From positions 1-64,000 of the forward strand of contig JBBQYG010000002.1 in NCBI GenBank assembly GCA_038208905.1: a stretch of DNA of 64,000 nucleotides, written 5' to 3'. The position numbers and the translations under genes are program-made. How positions within the stretch are numbered: position 1 is the first letter of the stretch; each line of letters opens with the position of its first letter. Positions 55,366 through 64,000 of the stretch are shown in pieces. The DNA is from Candidatus Sumerlaeia bacterium (GTDB lineage: Bacteria; Sumerlaeota; Sumerlaeia; SLMS01). The notes under the pieces are model-generated. The model ran no database searches and was not told the origin of the DNA. It saw only the letters and a list, made by a program, of their open reading frames with translations.

Positions 55366-58300
55366 TTGGCGCATCCCACAAATCAACCTTCGGACGAGGC
55401 AGTGACTCCGCCACCGGACTTACCGGCGGACTCGCTCGTGTCCTACAACCCGGGCCGTTCGTTTGCCAATCGCCCCCCCGGAACACCCGGTGGCGATGGC
55501 TGCGACTTGCGCGTTGCCGCCCGGTGGTCGGTCTCGGTTGCCGACCCTACCGAGCGCGAATTCCGCACCGACTTCGAGATCGAGGAGGACGCGGTCGAGG
55601 AAGAGGAGTCGGGCTCCTATCAGCTCATCCGCATCGTCGGGCGCGGTGGCTTCGGCGAGGTCTGGGAGGCCGTTCAGGGGACGCTGGACCGCGTGGTGGC
55701 GGTCAAGCGCCTGCGCGACGACCTTGAAAAGGGCGAGACGGAATCGACAGCCGACACCTTCGCCATGAGGGAGAACTTCCGCCAGGAGGCGCTGACCACC
55801 GCCAACCTGGACCACCCCAACATCGTGCCCGTCCACGATCTGGGCGAGGATGAAAACGGCTCTCCGCTGCTGGCGATGAAGTACGTCCGCGGCAAGCCGT
55901 GGAGCGACATGATCATGGAGGAATTCCCGGCGATGTCGCCTGCGGAATTCCTGGCCAAGCACATCCCCATCCTGGTGGACGTGACTCAGGCCGTGGCATT
56001 TGCCCACTCGCGCGGCGTGGTGCATCGCGATCTTAAGCCATCGCAGGTGATGGTGGGCGAGTTCGGCGAGGTGATGCTGATGGACTGGGGCTTGGCCGTG
56101 GTCATGAACCCCGAATCGCTGATCGCCAGCAGTCGGCGTCGCTCGCGCGGGGGGCGGCGCAGGTTCCTTCCCACCCCCGAATCCGCCTCCAACCCGGCGG
56201 GCACCCTCGCCTTCATGGCGCCGGAGCAAACCAACAAGACGGCCAAGTATATCTGTCCCGCGACCGACGTGTTTCTCCTGGGCGGAACTCTCTATTACCT
56301 GCTTACCGGGCGGCTTCCCCACCAGGGTGAATCGTCCAAGGAAATCTTCATGCGCGCCCGCCTCGGGGAAGTCATCCCCGCCGAAGTGGCTGCCCCCGAT
56401 CGCGATATTCCCCAGGACCTGATCGAGCTCGCCGCCGGCGCAATGCGGCCGCTGATCCGCGAGCGAATGCAGACCGCGCGCGAGTTCCTTGCCGGGCTTC
56501 AGGACCACCTATCCGGCGCGACCAGGCGGCGTGAATCGGTGGCGCTGACCGACGCGGCGCGCCATCAGCTCGACAACTGCAAGGGCGAATATCCCGTCTT
56601 CGCCGAGGCCCTCGGGCGCATCTCCCGCGCGGACACGCTGTGGGATGGGAATCCCGATGTGGATGAGCTTGCCGAGCGCGCCCACCGCCAGTTTGCCCGC
56701 GCCGCCCTGCGCAATGGCGACCTCATCCTCGCCCGCCTCCAGGCCCAGCTCCTTCCGGAGAGCGACCAAAAGAAGTCCACCATCGCGGAGATCGACCGCG
56801 CGCAGTGCCGCTCCATCCTGCGCGAGCGCCAGCGCCGCATCGCCCTCGTCGGCGTCGCCGCGCTTCTCCTCCTCGTGGTCGCCGGCTCCAGCTTCTTCAT
56901 CAATCGCCTCTCCTACCAGCGCGACCTCGCGATGCTGGAAAAGGAGCGCGCCCTCTCCGCGCGAAACGACGCCCAGACCCTCGTCAGCTATATGCTCGGC
57001 GATTTGGTCGTGTCCCTCCAGCCCCTCGGCCAGCTCGGTCCGCTCAAGAATCTGGCCGAGCGTGTGAAGGAATACTATGACAACGTCCCCAAGGAGGAAC
57101 TCTCCGCCGACGGACGCCTGCAACAGAGCCTCGCGCTCGCCTCGCTCGCCCAGATCAATGTGGAAAGCGGAGACTCCGAAAGCGCCTTGAAGCAGTTTCA
57201 GCAGGCGCTGGACATCGCGGAGCCGCTTCTGGCGGAGAACCCCGCCGACGACGAGATCGCCCGCGATGTCGCGGCCATCTATGCCTCCATCGGCGACGTC
57301 AAGGCGGAGCGCGGAGATCCCAACGCCCGGGTCGAGGGCGTTGCCAAGGCCATCGGTGTCGTCGTCCAGGCGCTCGCGCTCAACCCCGAGTTCAGCCGCC
57401 AGTTCCCCGACAGTGCCACATCCGGCGAGGTTGCCGCCGCCTTTGCCCGTGGGATGATCCCCGGCGATGGGGCCCAGTTGGGCGAATCCCTCGCCATCCT
57501 CGACAAGGTTAATGCGTGGAATCAGCAGGACCCGCGCTGGGGGCTGGACCTCTCCGTGGGATACGAGATGATGTCGCGTATCTTCCTGGACAACGGCGAT
57601 TTCGCCCGCGCGCGGGAGGCCGGCCGCAAGTCGGTCGCGCTCCGGGAACGCTCCGTCGAGATGCTTCCGGGCGAGGCCGGACCGCGCCGGCTCCTGATAT
57701 CCGCCTATCTCGCCATGGGCGAAGTCTATCGCCGCGAGGGATACGCCGACGCCGCCCTGCGCAACTACGAGAGCGCCCTGACCCAGGCCGACGAGCAGAT
57801 GACCAAGGATCCGGGCAACGTGTTCTGGCCCGTGTCGCTCGCGGGATCGCACGCCGCCATCGCCGATGTTCTGATCGACAAGGAACTGCCGCGCGAGGCC
57901 GCCGGCCACCTGCGCGAGTCCATCGCCCTTTCCGAAATGATTCTCGCCCGCGACCGCGACAACGCCACCACCCGGTTCGAGCTTTCCAAGCGCTATGGCA
58001 AGCTCGCCCAAGTGCTGACCAGCCTTGGGGAAATCGCCGAGGCCCGCGAGTACTTCGGCAAGGCGTTCCCCATCGCCAGCGCCCTCCTCCTCCAGGACCG
58101 CCGCAACGTCCGCTGGCAGACGGAATTCAACGAACTCTTCGGCGGAAGCCTTGAACTGGGCGACCTGCTTCTGGACGCGGATGACTATGTCGGCGCAGAA
58201 GAAGCCTACAAACACGTCCTCTCCATGGCCGCCATCCTGGTCGAGGCCAACCCCGGCAACATGGATCACCTGCGCGACTACTTCACCAGCAGCGAGCGCC

Positions 58301-58626
58301 TCGGCAAGACCCTCGTCCTTCTCGATCGCGGCAAGGAGGCGATCCCCATTCTGTTCCGCGCGTTCTCCCTTCCCGCGCTGGAGCAGGGCGCCGCCCAGGC
58401 CATCGACATCGCGCGAGAGAACGAGCCGCCGCTCCTCTTCGCCGTCGGCATGGCCTATGCCGCCCAAGGCGACGCCGAACACGCCTTCCGATTCCTGCAC
58501 CAGGCCATGGACGGCGGCTACAAGCCCCGCCTCAAGGACTCCCCCTTTGCCCCGCTCCTCGATGGACTGCGCAAGAAGGACGCCGCGCGCCTGGAATCGA
58601 TCCTCGGCGCGGGTAGCAGTCCCTGA
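55366..58626 (+). CDS. Hanks-type Ser/Thr kinase with a TM helix and TPR-like C-terminal region
   Basis: GRGGFGEV, VAVK, HRDLKPSQ, DWG, GTLAFMAPE; TM near residue 495. Confidence 0.92.
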   Translation: MAHPTNQPSDEAVTPPPDLPADSLVSYNPGRSFANRPPGTPGGDGCDLRVAARWSVSVADPTEREFRTDFEIEEDAVEEEESGSYQLIRIVGRGGFGEVWEAVQGTLDRVVAVKRLRDDLEKGETESTADTFAMRENFRQEALTTANLDHPNIVPVHDLGEDENGSPLLAMKYVRGKPWSDMIMEEFPAMSPAEFLAKHIPILVDVTQAVAFAHSRGVVHRDLKPSQVMVGEFGEVMLMDWGLAVVMNPESLIASSRRRSRGGRRRFLPTPESASNPAGTLAFMAPEQTNKTAKYICPATDVFLLGGTLYYLLTGRLPHQGESSKEIFMRARLGEVIPAEVAAPDRDIPQDLIELAAGAMRPLIRERMQTAREFLAGLQDHLSGATRRRESVALTDAARHQLDNCKGEYPVFAEALGRISRADTLWDGNPDVDELAERAHRQFARAALRNGDLILARLQAQLLPESDQKKSTIAEIDRAQCRSILRERQRRIALVGVAALLLLVVAGSSFFINRLSYQRDLAMLEKERALSARNDAQTLVSYMLGDLVVSLQPLGQLGPLKNLAERVKEYYDNVPKEELSADGRLQQSLALASLAQINVESGDSESALKQFQQALDIAEPLLAENPADDEIARDVAAIYASIGDVKAERGDPNARVEGVAKAIGVVVQALALNPEFSRQFPDSATSGEVAAAFARGMIPGDGAQLGESLAILDKVNAWNQQDPRWGLDLSVGYEMMSRIFLDNGDFARAREAGRKSVALRERSVEMLPGEAGPRRLLISAYLAMGEVYRREGYADAALRNYESALTQADEQMTKDPGNVFWPVSLAGSHAAIADVLIDKELPREAAGHLRESIALSEMILARDRDNATTRFELSKRYGKLAQVLTSLGEIAEAREYFGKAFPIASALLLQDRRNVRWQTEFNELFGGSLELGDLLLDADDYVGAEEAYKHVLSMAAILVEANPGNMDHLRDYFTSSERLGKTLVLLDRGKEAIPILFRAFSLPALEQGAAQAIDIARENEPPLLFAVGMAYAAQGDAEHAFRFLHQAMDGGYKPRLKDSPFAPLLDGLRKKDAARLESILGAGSSP

Positions 58627-58629
58627 CCG

Positions 58630-58902
58630 CTACCGGTCGGCGTGCCCCAGGTCTCGCCCCGGCGCCACCACATCGCGCAACCGCTGCTTGAGCTCCTTCG
58701 GCTGCGGAAACCCACCCTCCGCCGCCCGCGACCAGATCACCCGCTCCCCCACCCGCACCTCAAACCCCCCGCCCGCCCCCGGCACCAGCGCCACCCCGCC
58801 CAACTCCTCCTCGAACGTCGTCAACAATTCCTGAGCCAACCAAGCCGCCCGCAACATCCAACGGCACTGGCGGCAGTACTCGAGTTCGACGATGGGGGGC
58901 AT
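58630..58902 (-). CDS. SelT/SelW/SelH (Rdx) family protein, CxxC form
   Basis: YCRQCRWMLRAAWLAQELLTTF..GGFP..ELKQRLRD..DLGH. Confidence 0.92.
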   Translation of the reverse strand: MPPIVELEYCRQCRWMLRAAWLAQELLTTFEEELGGVALVPGAGGGFEVRVGERVIWSRAAEGGFPQPKELKQRLRDVVAPGRDLGHADR

Positions 58903-59022
58903 GGGGGGGACTCCGTGAGCGATGGATTCGGTATGCTACCGCGGGAAGCGAAACCACCGCTCGCGAAGGAGCAAGCGAGCGTGCCACGCGCAATGATTAG
59001 GCCGTCCTGCTATACGCGAAAA

Positions 59023-59235
59023 CTACTCGAATACATCATCTTCCGCGATACCAGCTTGGCGGAGTAGGTGCCTGGGCAGACCCTTCTTCAGGGGTGTATT
59101 GCCGTCTACTGGAATAGGCAAGCGGACGGATTCACCATCTTTGGCGAGAATATGATGGCTCCCATTTACCCGACGCAGCACTCATCCGCGCCGTTCGATT
59201 GCGCGAATCAAGTCCTAGCCGGATGTGCTGCTCAC
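59023..59235 (-). pseudogene. hicA: HicA toxin pseudogene with two in-frame stops
   Basis: VSSTSG*DLIRAIERRG*VLRRVNGSHHIL..IPVDGNTPLKKGLPRHLLRQAGI; stops at 59215-17 (TAG) and 59182-84 (TGA); GTGA overlap with hicB. Confidence 0.85.
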
Positions 59236-59435
59236 ACTGCGATCTCGATGACGCGCTCGGTTCCGGAACGTCGGGGTGGCTCTACTTCAACGGATACGCA
59301 CCCCTCCACCGCCTCATAGAAATTCGCGAGCGGTTCCTCGAACGTGTCCCCCTGCGTGGCGCATCCTGGGATGGCAGGCACTTCCGCCCAGAAACCACCT
59401 TCCTCCGCCTCGTGGACGACGACCTTGAGCTTCAT
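59232..59435 (-). CDS. hicB: HicB antitoxin (short form without a DNA-binding domain)
   Basis: VVVHEAEEGGFWAEVPAIPGCATQGDTFEE. Confidence 0.9.
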   Translation of the reverse strand: MKLKVVVHEAEEGGFWAEVPAIPGCATQGDTFEEPLANFYEAVEGCVSVEVEPPRRSGTERVIEIAV

Positions 59436-59551
59436 GCCATGAACTCCGCGTGTCGGATTTTCGAGGCAACATCACTGTGCAAAGGGTGCCCGTCCCCGAC
59501 AAGCAAAACGTCGTCCATCAACGATCGCCCCCCGTCGTTCATCCCTGCTTT

Positions 59552-61072
59552 TCACTCCCACTCGATCGTCGCCGGCGGCTTGCTGCTGATATCATAGGTC
59601 ACGCGGTTGATGCCCTTCACTTCGTTGATGATGCGGGCGGAGAGCCGCGCGAGGACGTCGCGGGGCATGTCGTACCAGTCCGCCGTCATGCCGTCGGTGC
59701 TGGTGACGCAGCGGATCGCGCAGACGTTGTCATACGAGCGGTTGTCGCCCATGACGCCGACACTGCGCACGGGAAGCAGCACGACGAAGGCCTGCCAAAT
59801 GTGGTCATACTGGCCGCTGCGCTTCAGCTCCTCGATGAGGATCGCGTCGGCCTCGCGCAGGATGTTGAGGCGTTCCTTTGTCACCTCGCCCAACACGCGG
59901 ACGGCGAGGCCGGGGCCGGGGAACGGATGGCGCCCCAGCGTGTCCTTGGGAATGCCAAGAATGCGGCCGACCTCGCGGACCTCGTCCTTGAAGAGTTCGC
60001 GCAGCGGCTCCACCACACGGCCCTGCTCGATCATGTCCAGGACTTCCTTCACTCGGTTGTGGTGGGTCTTGATCGTGGCGCTGGGGCCCTTGGTGGAGAC
60101 GCTCTCGATCACGTCGGGATACAGCGTCCCCTGCGCCAGCATGTCGTTCTTCTTGATGTGCGGCATGAAGGTCTCGATGAAGACGCGGCCGATGATGCGG
60201 CGCTTCTCCTCGGGATCGACGACTCCGGCCAGCGGCGTCAGGAACTTCTTCTCCGCCTTGAGGAGCTTGGGCGTGACTCCCAGGTCGGCGAACATCTCCT
60301 GCACCGCCGCCACCTCGTTCTTGCGCAGCAGTCCGTTGTCCACAAACACGGGAACGCTCTGGTCGCCGATGGCGCGGTTGAGCAGCACGGCGAGCACGGT
60401 GGAGTCCACTCCCCCGCTGACGGCGCAGACCACGCGGCGGTCGCCAATCTCCTCGCGCAGTGTGTCCACCGTGTGCTTTACGAAGTCCTTCATCTTCCAG
60501 TCGCGGCGCGCGTTGCAAATGCCGAAGACGAAATTGCCCAGCCAGTGGTCGCCCTGTTCCGTGTGAAAAACTTCCGGGTGGAACTGGATGCCATAGATCG
60601 GCAGCCGCTTGTGGGCCATGACGGCGAAGGGGCAATTCTCCGAATCGGCGATGCGGCGGAACTCCGGCGGGATCGTCTCCACCTTGTCTCCGTGGGACAT
60701 CCACACGCGGCCGCGCGGAACGATGCCTTCCACCAGGGGGCTCTTGGCGCGAATCGCGATATCCGCCAGGCCATACTCCCGCTTGGTGCTTTTGGCGACC
60801 TTGCCGCCGAACTCCAGCGCGAGGAGCTGCATGCCGTAGCACACGCCGAGGATCGGCACGTCGAGCGAGAACACCCAATCGGGGAGCTTCGGCGCGCCCT
60901 TCTCGTAAACCGACGACGGTCCGCCGCTGAGGATCACGCCGCTGGGCCGCAGTGTGCCGATCTTGGCGCGGCTGACCGTGGGCGGGAAGATCTCCGCAAA
61001 GACGCCGAGCGAGCGGATCTTTCGCGCGATGAGCTGCGTGTATTGCGAACCGTAGTCCAGAATGACGATCAT
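59552..61072 (-). CDS. guaA: GMP synthase (glutamine-hydrolysing)
   Basis: ILDYGSQYTQLIAR, GVCYGMQ, QFHPE, SGGVDS, YDISSKPPATIEWE. Confidence 0.97.
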   Translation of the reverse strand: MIVILDYGSQYTQLIARKIRSLGVFAEIFPPTVSRAKIGTLRPSGVILSGGPSSVYEKGAPKLPDWVFSLDVPILGVCYGMQLLALEFGGKVAKSTKREYGLADIAIRAKSPLVEGIVPRGRVWMSHGDKVETIPPEFRRIADSENCPFAVMAHKRLPIYGIQFHPEVFHTEQGDHWLGNFVFGICNARRDWKMKDFVKHTVDTLREEIGDRRVVCAVSGGVDSTVLAVLLNRAIGDQSVPVFVDNGLLRKNEVAAVQEMFADLGVTPKLLKAEKKFLTPLAGVVDPEEKRRIIGRVFIETFMPHIKKNDMLAQGTLYPDVIESVSTKGPSATIKTHHNRVKEVLDMIEQGRVVEPLRELFKDEVREVGRILGIPKDTLGRHPFPGPGLAVRVLGEVTKERLNILREADAILIEELKRSGQYDHIWQAFVVLLPVRSVGVMGDNRSYDNVCAIRCVTSTDGMTADWYDMPRDVLARLSARIINEVKGINRVTYDISSKPPATIEWE

Positions 61073-61171
61073 GGTTTTGTCTCTCTCCGCCCGGATGGCC
61101 GTTCCGGCGTCGGGAGAGACGTATGAGCTACAGCGGGGCGCCGTGCGCCACGAAAATCTGGCCGCCACAAG

Positions 61172-61238
61172 GTAGCGTGGGCGTCCCGCCCGCGCCGGAG
61201 CGCGGCGTGCCCCGGCGCGCGCGAGACGCCCACCCTAC
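61172..61238. repeat. Inverted REP doublet (REPIN/BIME-like)
   Basis: GTAG-CGTGGGCG-TCC-CGCCCGCG on + and GTAG-GGTGGGCG-TCT-CGCGCGCG on -. Confidence 0.75.
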
Positions 61239-61247
61239 CGTGCTGTA

Positions 61248-61685
61248 CTACGGCTTCAGCGACTTAAGCGCGCGAATCTCCACGGTGCACGACTCCGCGT
61301 TCGGCGTCTTGGATTCCGCGCGGAACGTCATCGACTGGCGCGCATCCAGATAGTAGGCGCGCCACGCGGTTTCGTCGCCGGTGGAAAGGCCCTGGAAGTC
61401 CTTGAACACCACGCGCGCCTCGATGGGGACGATCCTCTTCTTGCGGTTGCGGATGTTGGCCGAGACGAGCAGGCGGCCATCCTCCAGGCGGACGATCTGC
61501 TGGATCTCCGAGCCGATCTTTCCACTCAGGCTGCTGTCCACGACGTTGACGGCGCCGCGGCTCTTCGCAAAGGCGTCGGGGTCGTTCTTGGGAACCCAGG
61601 GGCCGGCGGTGCCACATCCCGAAAGCGGAATGGCCAAGGCGACGGCGGCGGCGAAGAGCAGCGAAAACAAAGGGCGACTGGTCAT
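61248..61685 (-). CDS. YcfL/DUF1425-like lipoprotein
   Basis: Lipobox LSGC; NIRNR..VFKDFQG..TAWR; adjacent to the lpoB-like gene cluster. Confidence 0.75.
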   Translation of the reverse strand: MTSRPLFSLLFAAAVALAIPLSGCGTAGPWVPKNDPDAFAKSRGAVNVVDSSLSGKIGSEIQQIVRLEDGRLLVSANIRNRKKRIVPIEARVVFKDFQGLSTGDETAWRAYYLDARQSMTFRAESKTPNAESCTVEIRALKSLKP

Positions 61686-61718
61686 GGGAGGAAGGCTCCT
61701 AAAGGGGGATGAAATCAC

Positions 61719-62993
61719 TTACTGCGGAGGGGCGATCAGCACGGCGCCCTGACCGGGAAAAACGAGCACAACAGAAAGACCATCGCCGGGGCGCGGAAGA
61801 TTGACCAGCCCCGCCGCGGTGCTGCCATCGGGCAGGATCACGGCCACGTTCTGGGGTCCGTAGCACGCCGTGGCCGTATAGACAGACAGCGAATCGGGGA
61901 TCGATTGCCATTGGCGCACGTCGGCCTTGGTGGCGGTGAGCTGGGAAAAGAGCAGGAAGAGCAGCCCCGCGAGGATGATGGCCCCGCCCGCCGCGGCGGT
62001 ATCGCTGTTTCCCGAGCCCGCCAGCACCGCCGCGCCCGTATAGACGGCTACGGCGCCAACCCCGGCGGTGGCGTCCTTGAAGATCACCTTCTTCTTCTGT
62101 ACGCTGTCAAAGGGACGCCCGCCGCGCGTGGTCGCCTGAAAGAAAACCGAATCCATCATCGGCATCCACACCGATTGCTGACCACACAGGCTTGCGTAGG
62201 GCGGAGGCGCCTCGCCCGAGCCGCGGTTGTAGCCGAGCCCCTCTCCGTACTTCCCGCGCCGCGCCTTGATGGGAGCGCCGCCAACCCCCGCGATCACGAG
62301 GATGTTGTTCTCCACAGCCGGAAGCGCGGGAATCCACAGCGAGCCCGGCTGCAGCGCGATCCCCGTGGCGGCGGCATACTTTGCAGGGAATGCGGCGTTG
62401 TTGGCCGCTGCGCGGGCAAACGCCTCCTGCGCGGCCAGGGGATTGCCCAGGCGCGTCTCGCATACGGCGATCAGGTAGTCGAAGATCGCCCAGTCGGCCT
62501 GGTCCTGCTGCTCCTCCGCAAAGGCGTCCTGAAGGGCGCCGCTGCGAAAGCTGGCGCGCGCGTTCTGCCAGTCGCCGTCCTGCATATACAGGATCCCGCG
62601 ATACAGGAAGGCCATGCACCGCTCGTGGGACTCGCCCTTGAACAGCTTGATGTCCTCGTTGAAAAAGAGCGTCCGCGCGCGGCCCGCCCCGGGAGTGCTG
62701 CCAAAGACGGCCTCGATGTTGAGGATCGATTCGTCCAGCGCCCGCTTGGCCAGATCGCGCTCCCCCATGCGCATCGCGGCCACGGCGAGTTCGTTCAGGT
62801 GAAGCACCCAGTTGCGCTCGCCGTCGCGCTCCATCAGCATGACGTAGCTCGCGAGTTGCGGCGGCACCGCGACCCCCACCATCGCGGGGGGAAGCCCCGG
62901 GCGACCGCGAGCCGCGCAACCCGGCAACCCCACGGCGACCAGCGCCAGCAGGACAAAGCAGAGCCGACCCAGGATAGAATAGAGAGCGATCAT
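61719..62993 (-). CDS. TPR-containing lipoprotein (COG3014-like)
   Basis: Lipobox LPGC; FKGESHER, helical repeats, ADVRQWQSIP. Confidence 0.75.
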   Translation of the reverse strand: MIALYSILGRLCFVLLALVAVGLPGCAARGRPGLPPAMVGVAVPPQLASYVMLMERDGERNWVLHLNELAVAAMRMGERDLAKRALDESILNIEAVFGSTPGAGRARTLFFNEDIKLFKGESHERCMAFLYRGILYMQDGDWQNARASFRSGALQDAFAEEQQDQADWAIFDYLIAVCETRLGNPLAAQEAFARAAANNAAFPAKYAAATGIALQPGSLWIPALPAVENNILVIAGVGGAPIKARRGKYGEGLGYNRGSGEAPPPYASLCGQQSVWMPMMDSVFFQATTRGGRPFDSVQKKKVIFKDATAGVGAVAVYTGAAVLAGSGNSDTAAAGGAIILAGLLFLLFSQLTATKADVRQWQSIPDSLSVYTATACYGPQNVAVILPDGSTAAGLVNLPRPGDGLSVVLVFPGQGAVLIAPPQ

Positions 62994-63020
62994 GGAGGAC
63001 CCGAGAATCCCGGGCGGATC

Positions 63021-63632
63021 CTAGCGGTAGATCACGTCGTCGCGGCCTTCGCGCTTCGTCTCGAAGCTGTCCTCCCAGACCTCGATCCCCGTCTCCGCAT
63101 CCACCAGCTTGAACGTGTACAGGATGTAGTCCGACTGCCCCTTGGTGCTGACCGCGGCAAGGCCGTCGGCGCGGCCCTTCAGGAAATAGTCTCCGCCAGC
63201 CTGGGCTTGGGAGCGCAGATTGGGATCATAGTCCGCCTGGCCCGAACGCTTCAACTCGCGCTCCCTGGCGATGGCGTCCCACATGTCGCGCGCCACGAAC
63301 ATGATGCGCCCGTCGGCGTTCCGCGCCAGCTCCACCTTCAGGCGCGAGCTGAACACCTCGCCGCTAAAGGCGTGGCGCGTGTTGTTGGCAAACTCATAGA
63401 GCACGATCGTCGGCGGGGTGGTCCACTGGCTGGAGGCGCGGCTGGAAAGCAGCGAGCGCGTCAACTGATCCGAAAGCTGGATGGCGTCCTGGCTCTCCGG
63501 CCCCAGATTGCGCACGGTGCCCGGGCGGCCCGGATCCACATCGCGGATCTCGAACTTCTTGCCGCACCCGATAGAGGCAGTCAGAATGGCGGCGGAAATG
63601 CCGGCGAAACAAAGCCTTGAGAGCGAAACCAT
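63021..63632 (-). CDS. LpoB/CsgG-like lipoprotein
   Basis: Lipobox SIGC; FANNT, GGDYFLKG, FKLVDAETGIEVWE. Confidence 0.75.
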   Translation of the reverse strand: MVSLSRLCFAGISAAILTASIGCGKKFEIRDVDPGRPGTVRNLGPESQDAIQLSDQLTRSLLSSRASSQWTTPPTIVLYEFANNTRHAFSGEVFSSRLKVELARNADGRIMFVARDMWDAIARERELKRSGQADYDPNLRSQAQAGGDYFLKGRADGLAAVSTKGQSDYILYTFKLVDAETGIEVWEDSFETKREGRDDVIYR

Positions 63633-63740
63633 GCGGCGGCGTCCTTGCGGGGGGAAGTGACCGAAGCTGCTAGCCCGGGAGCGCCCTCGGCGCAATCCCG
63701 TTCGGGGAAGAGACCGGGGATTCGCCGCGAAAGTTTGACC

Positions 63741-63764
63741 GTAGCACGGGCTTACAGCCCGTGC
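63741..63764 (+). repeat. GTAG-type REP palindrome
   Basis: GTAG-CACGGGCT-TAC-AGCCCGTG. Confidence 0.7.
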
Positions 63765-63805
63765 CCGACCAGCCCAACGGGTTTTGGGGGGCGCCCGTGG
63801 CGCCT

Positions 63806-64000
63806 TTAATCCACATCGTCACCGGGGGCGGCGAGGCGCCTGGTCCACTCCCGGTCGAAGTTCTTGTAGAAGTTGATGAACCGCGTCCACGTGCGGATGG
63901 GGATCGCTGGAAAGCCGATCACCCGGGCGCCGGGGGCGATATCGCCCTGCACGGCGGAGTGCCCGGCCACCTGGGCCCGGTCGCCGATCGTCACGTGGTC
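63806..64000 (-). CDS. lpxD: 3' end of UDP-3-O-acylglucosamine N-acyltransferase (partial)
   Basis: Hexapeptide repeats DHVTIGDRAQVAGHSAV..DI..VIGFPAIP then a helical tail. Confidence 0.75.
   Translation of the reverse strand, partial: DHVTIGDRAQVAGHSAVQGDIAPGARVIGFPAIPIRTWTRFINFYKNFDREWTRRLAAPGDDVD

Noticed and set aside
58630-58902. Possible selenoprotein (SelW family)
   Set aside because: The motif is CRQC with no in-frame TGA.
48101-63620. Long antisense or alternate-frame ORFs (e.g. 48101-49774, 56509-58500, 59450-61126, 61905-63620)
   Set aside because: They shadow well-supported genes and have no family motifs, as expected from stop-poor high-GC codon usage.
61248-63632. Lipoprotein trio as a new system
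   Set aside because: Matches the widespread lpoB-like / TPR (COG3014) / ycfL cluster.

Overview
High-GC diderm bacterial DNA (lpxD present). The pseudopilin family and a C-terminal 'SVxxWxxF' tail suggest Candidatus Sumerlaeota (BRC1); this is an inference from remembered protein families, not a database result. The window has two parts. (1) Positions 1-27870 look like the right end of a genomic island abutting the 3' end of a minus-strand tRNA-Ser(GGA). All recognisable genes there are on the + strand: a 2904-aa cyclic beta-1,2-glucan synthase, general-stress genes (two DUF892 ferritin-like, DUF883, glycine zipper), ackA-xfp, DUF2254, a PMM-like HAD enzyme, a complete Na+-type N-ATPase operon with a VIT1/CCC1 transporter inside it, and an IS66-tnpA/SDR chimeric scar. 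(2) Positions 27960-64000 are host-like chromosome: a divergent pseudopilin / secreted-protein pair, a tandem of three carboxypeptidase-regulatory-like repeat genes (one intact, two decayed), rpsT, bshB1-like, FHA-GAF-sigma54 activator, GT-C-like membrane protein, GH172, TPR protein, aminotransferase, pullulanase, pyk, mtnCD, a Ser/Thr kinase-TPR, SelW-like, hicB with a dead hicA, guaA, a ycfL/TPR/lpoB-like lipoprotein trio and the end of lpxD. GTAG-type REP elements and 9-10 bp minisatellites are scattered through this part. Best candidates for undescribed biology: the pseudopilin plus C-terminal-Trp-motif protein module with paired palindromic operators, and the glucan/phosphoketolase/N-ATPase stress island with a shared non-canonical sigma54-like promoter motif.
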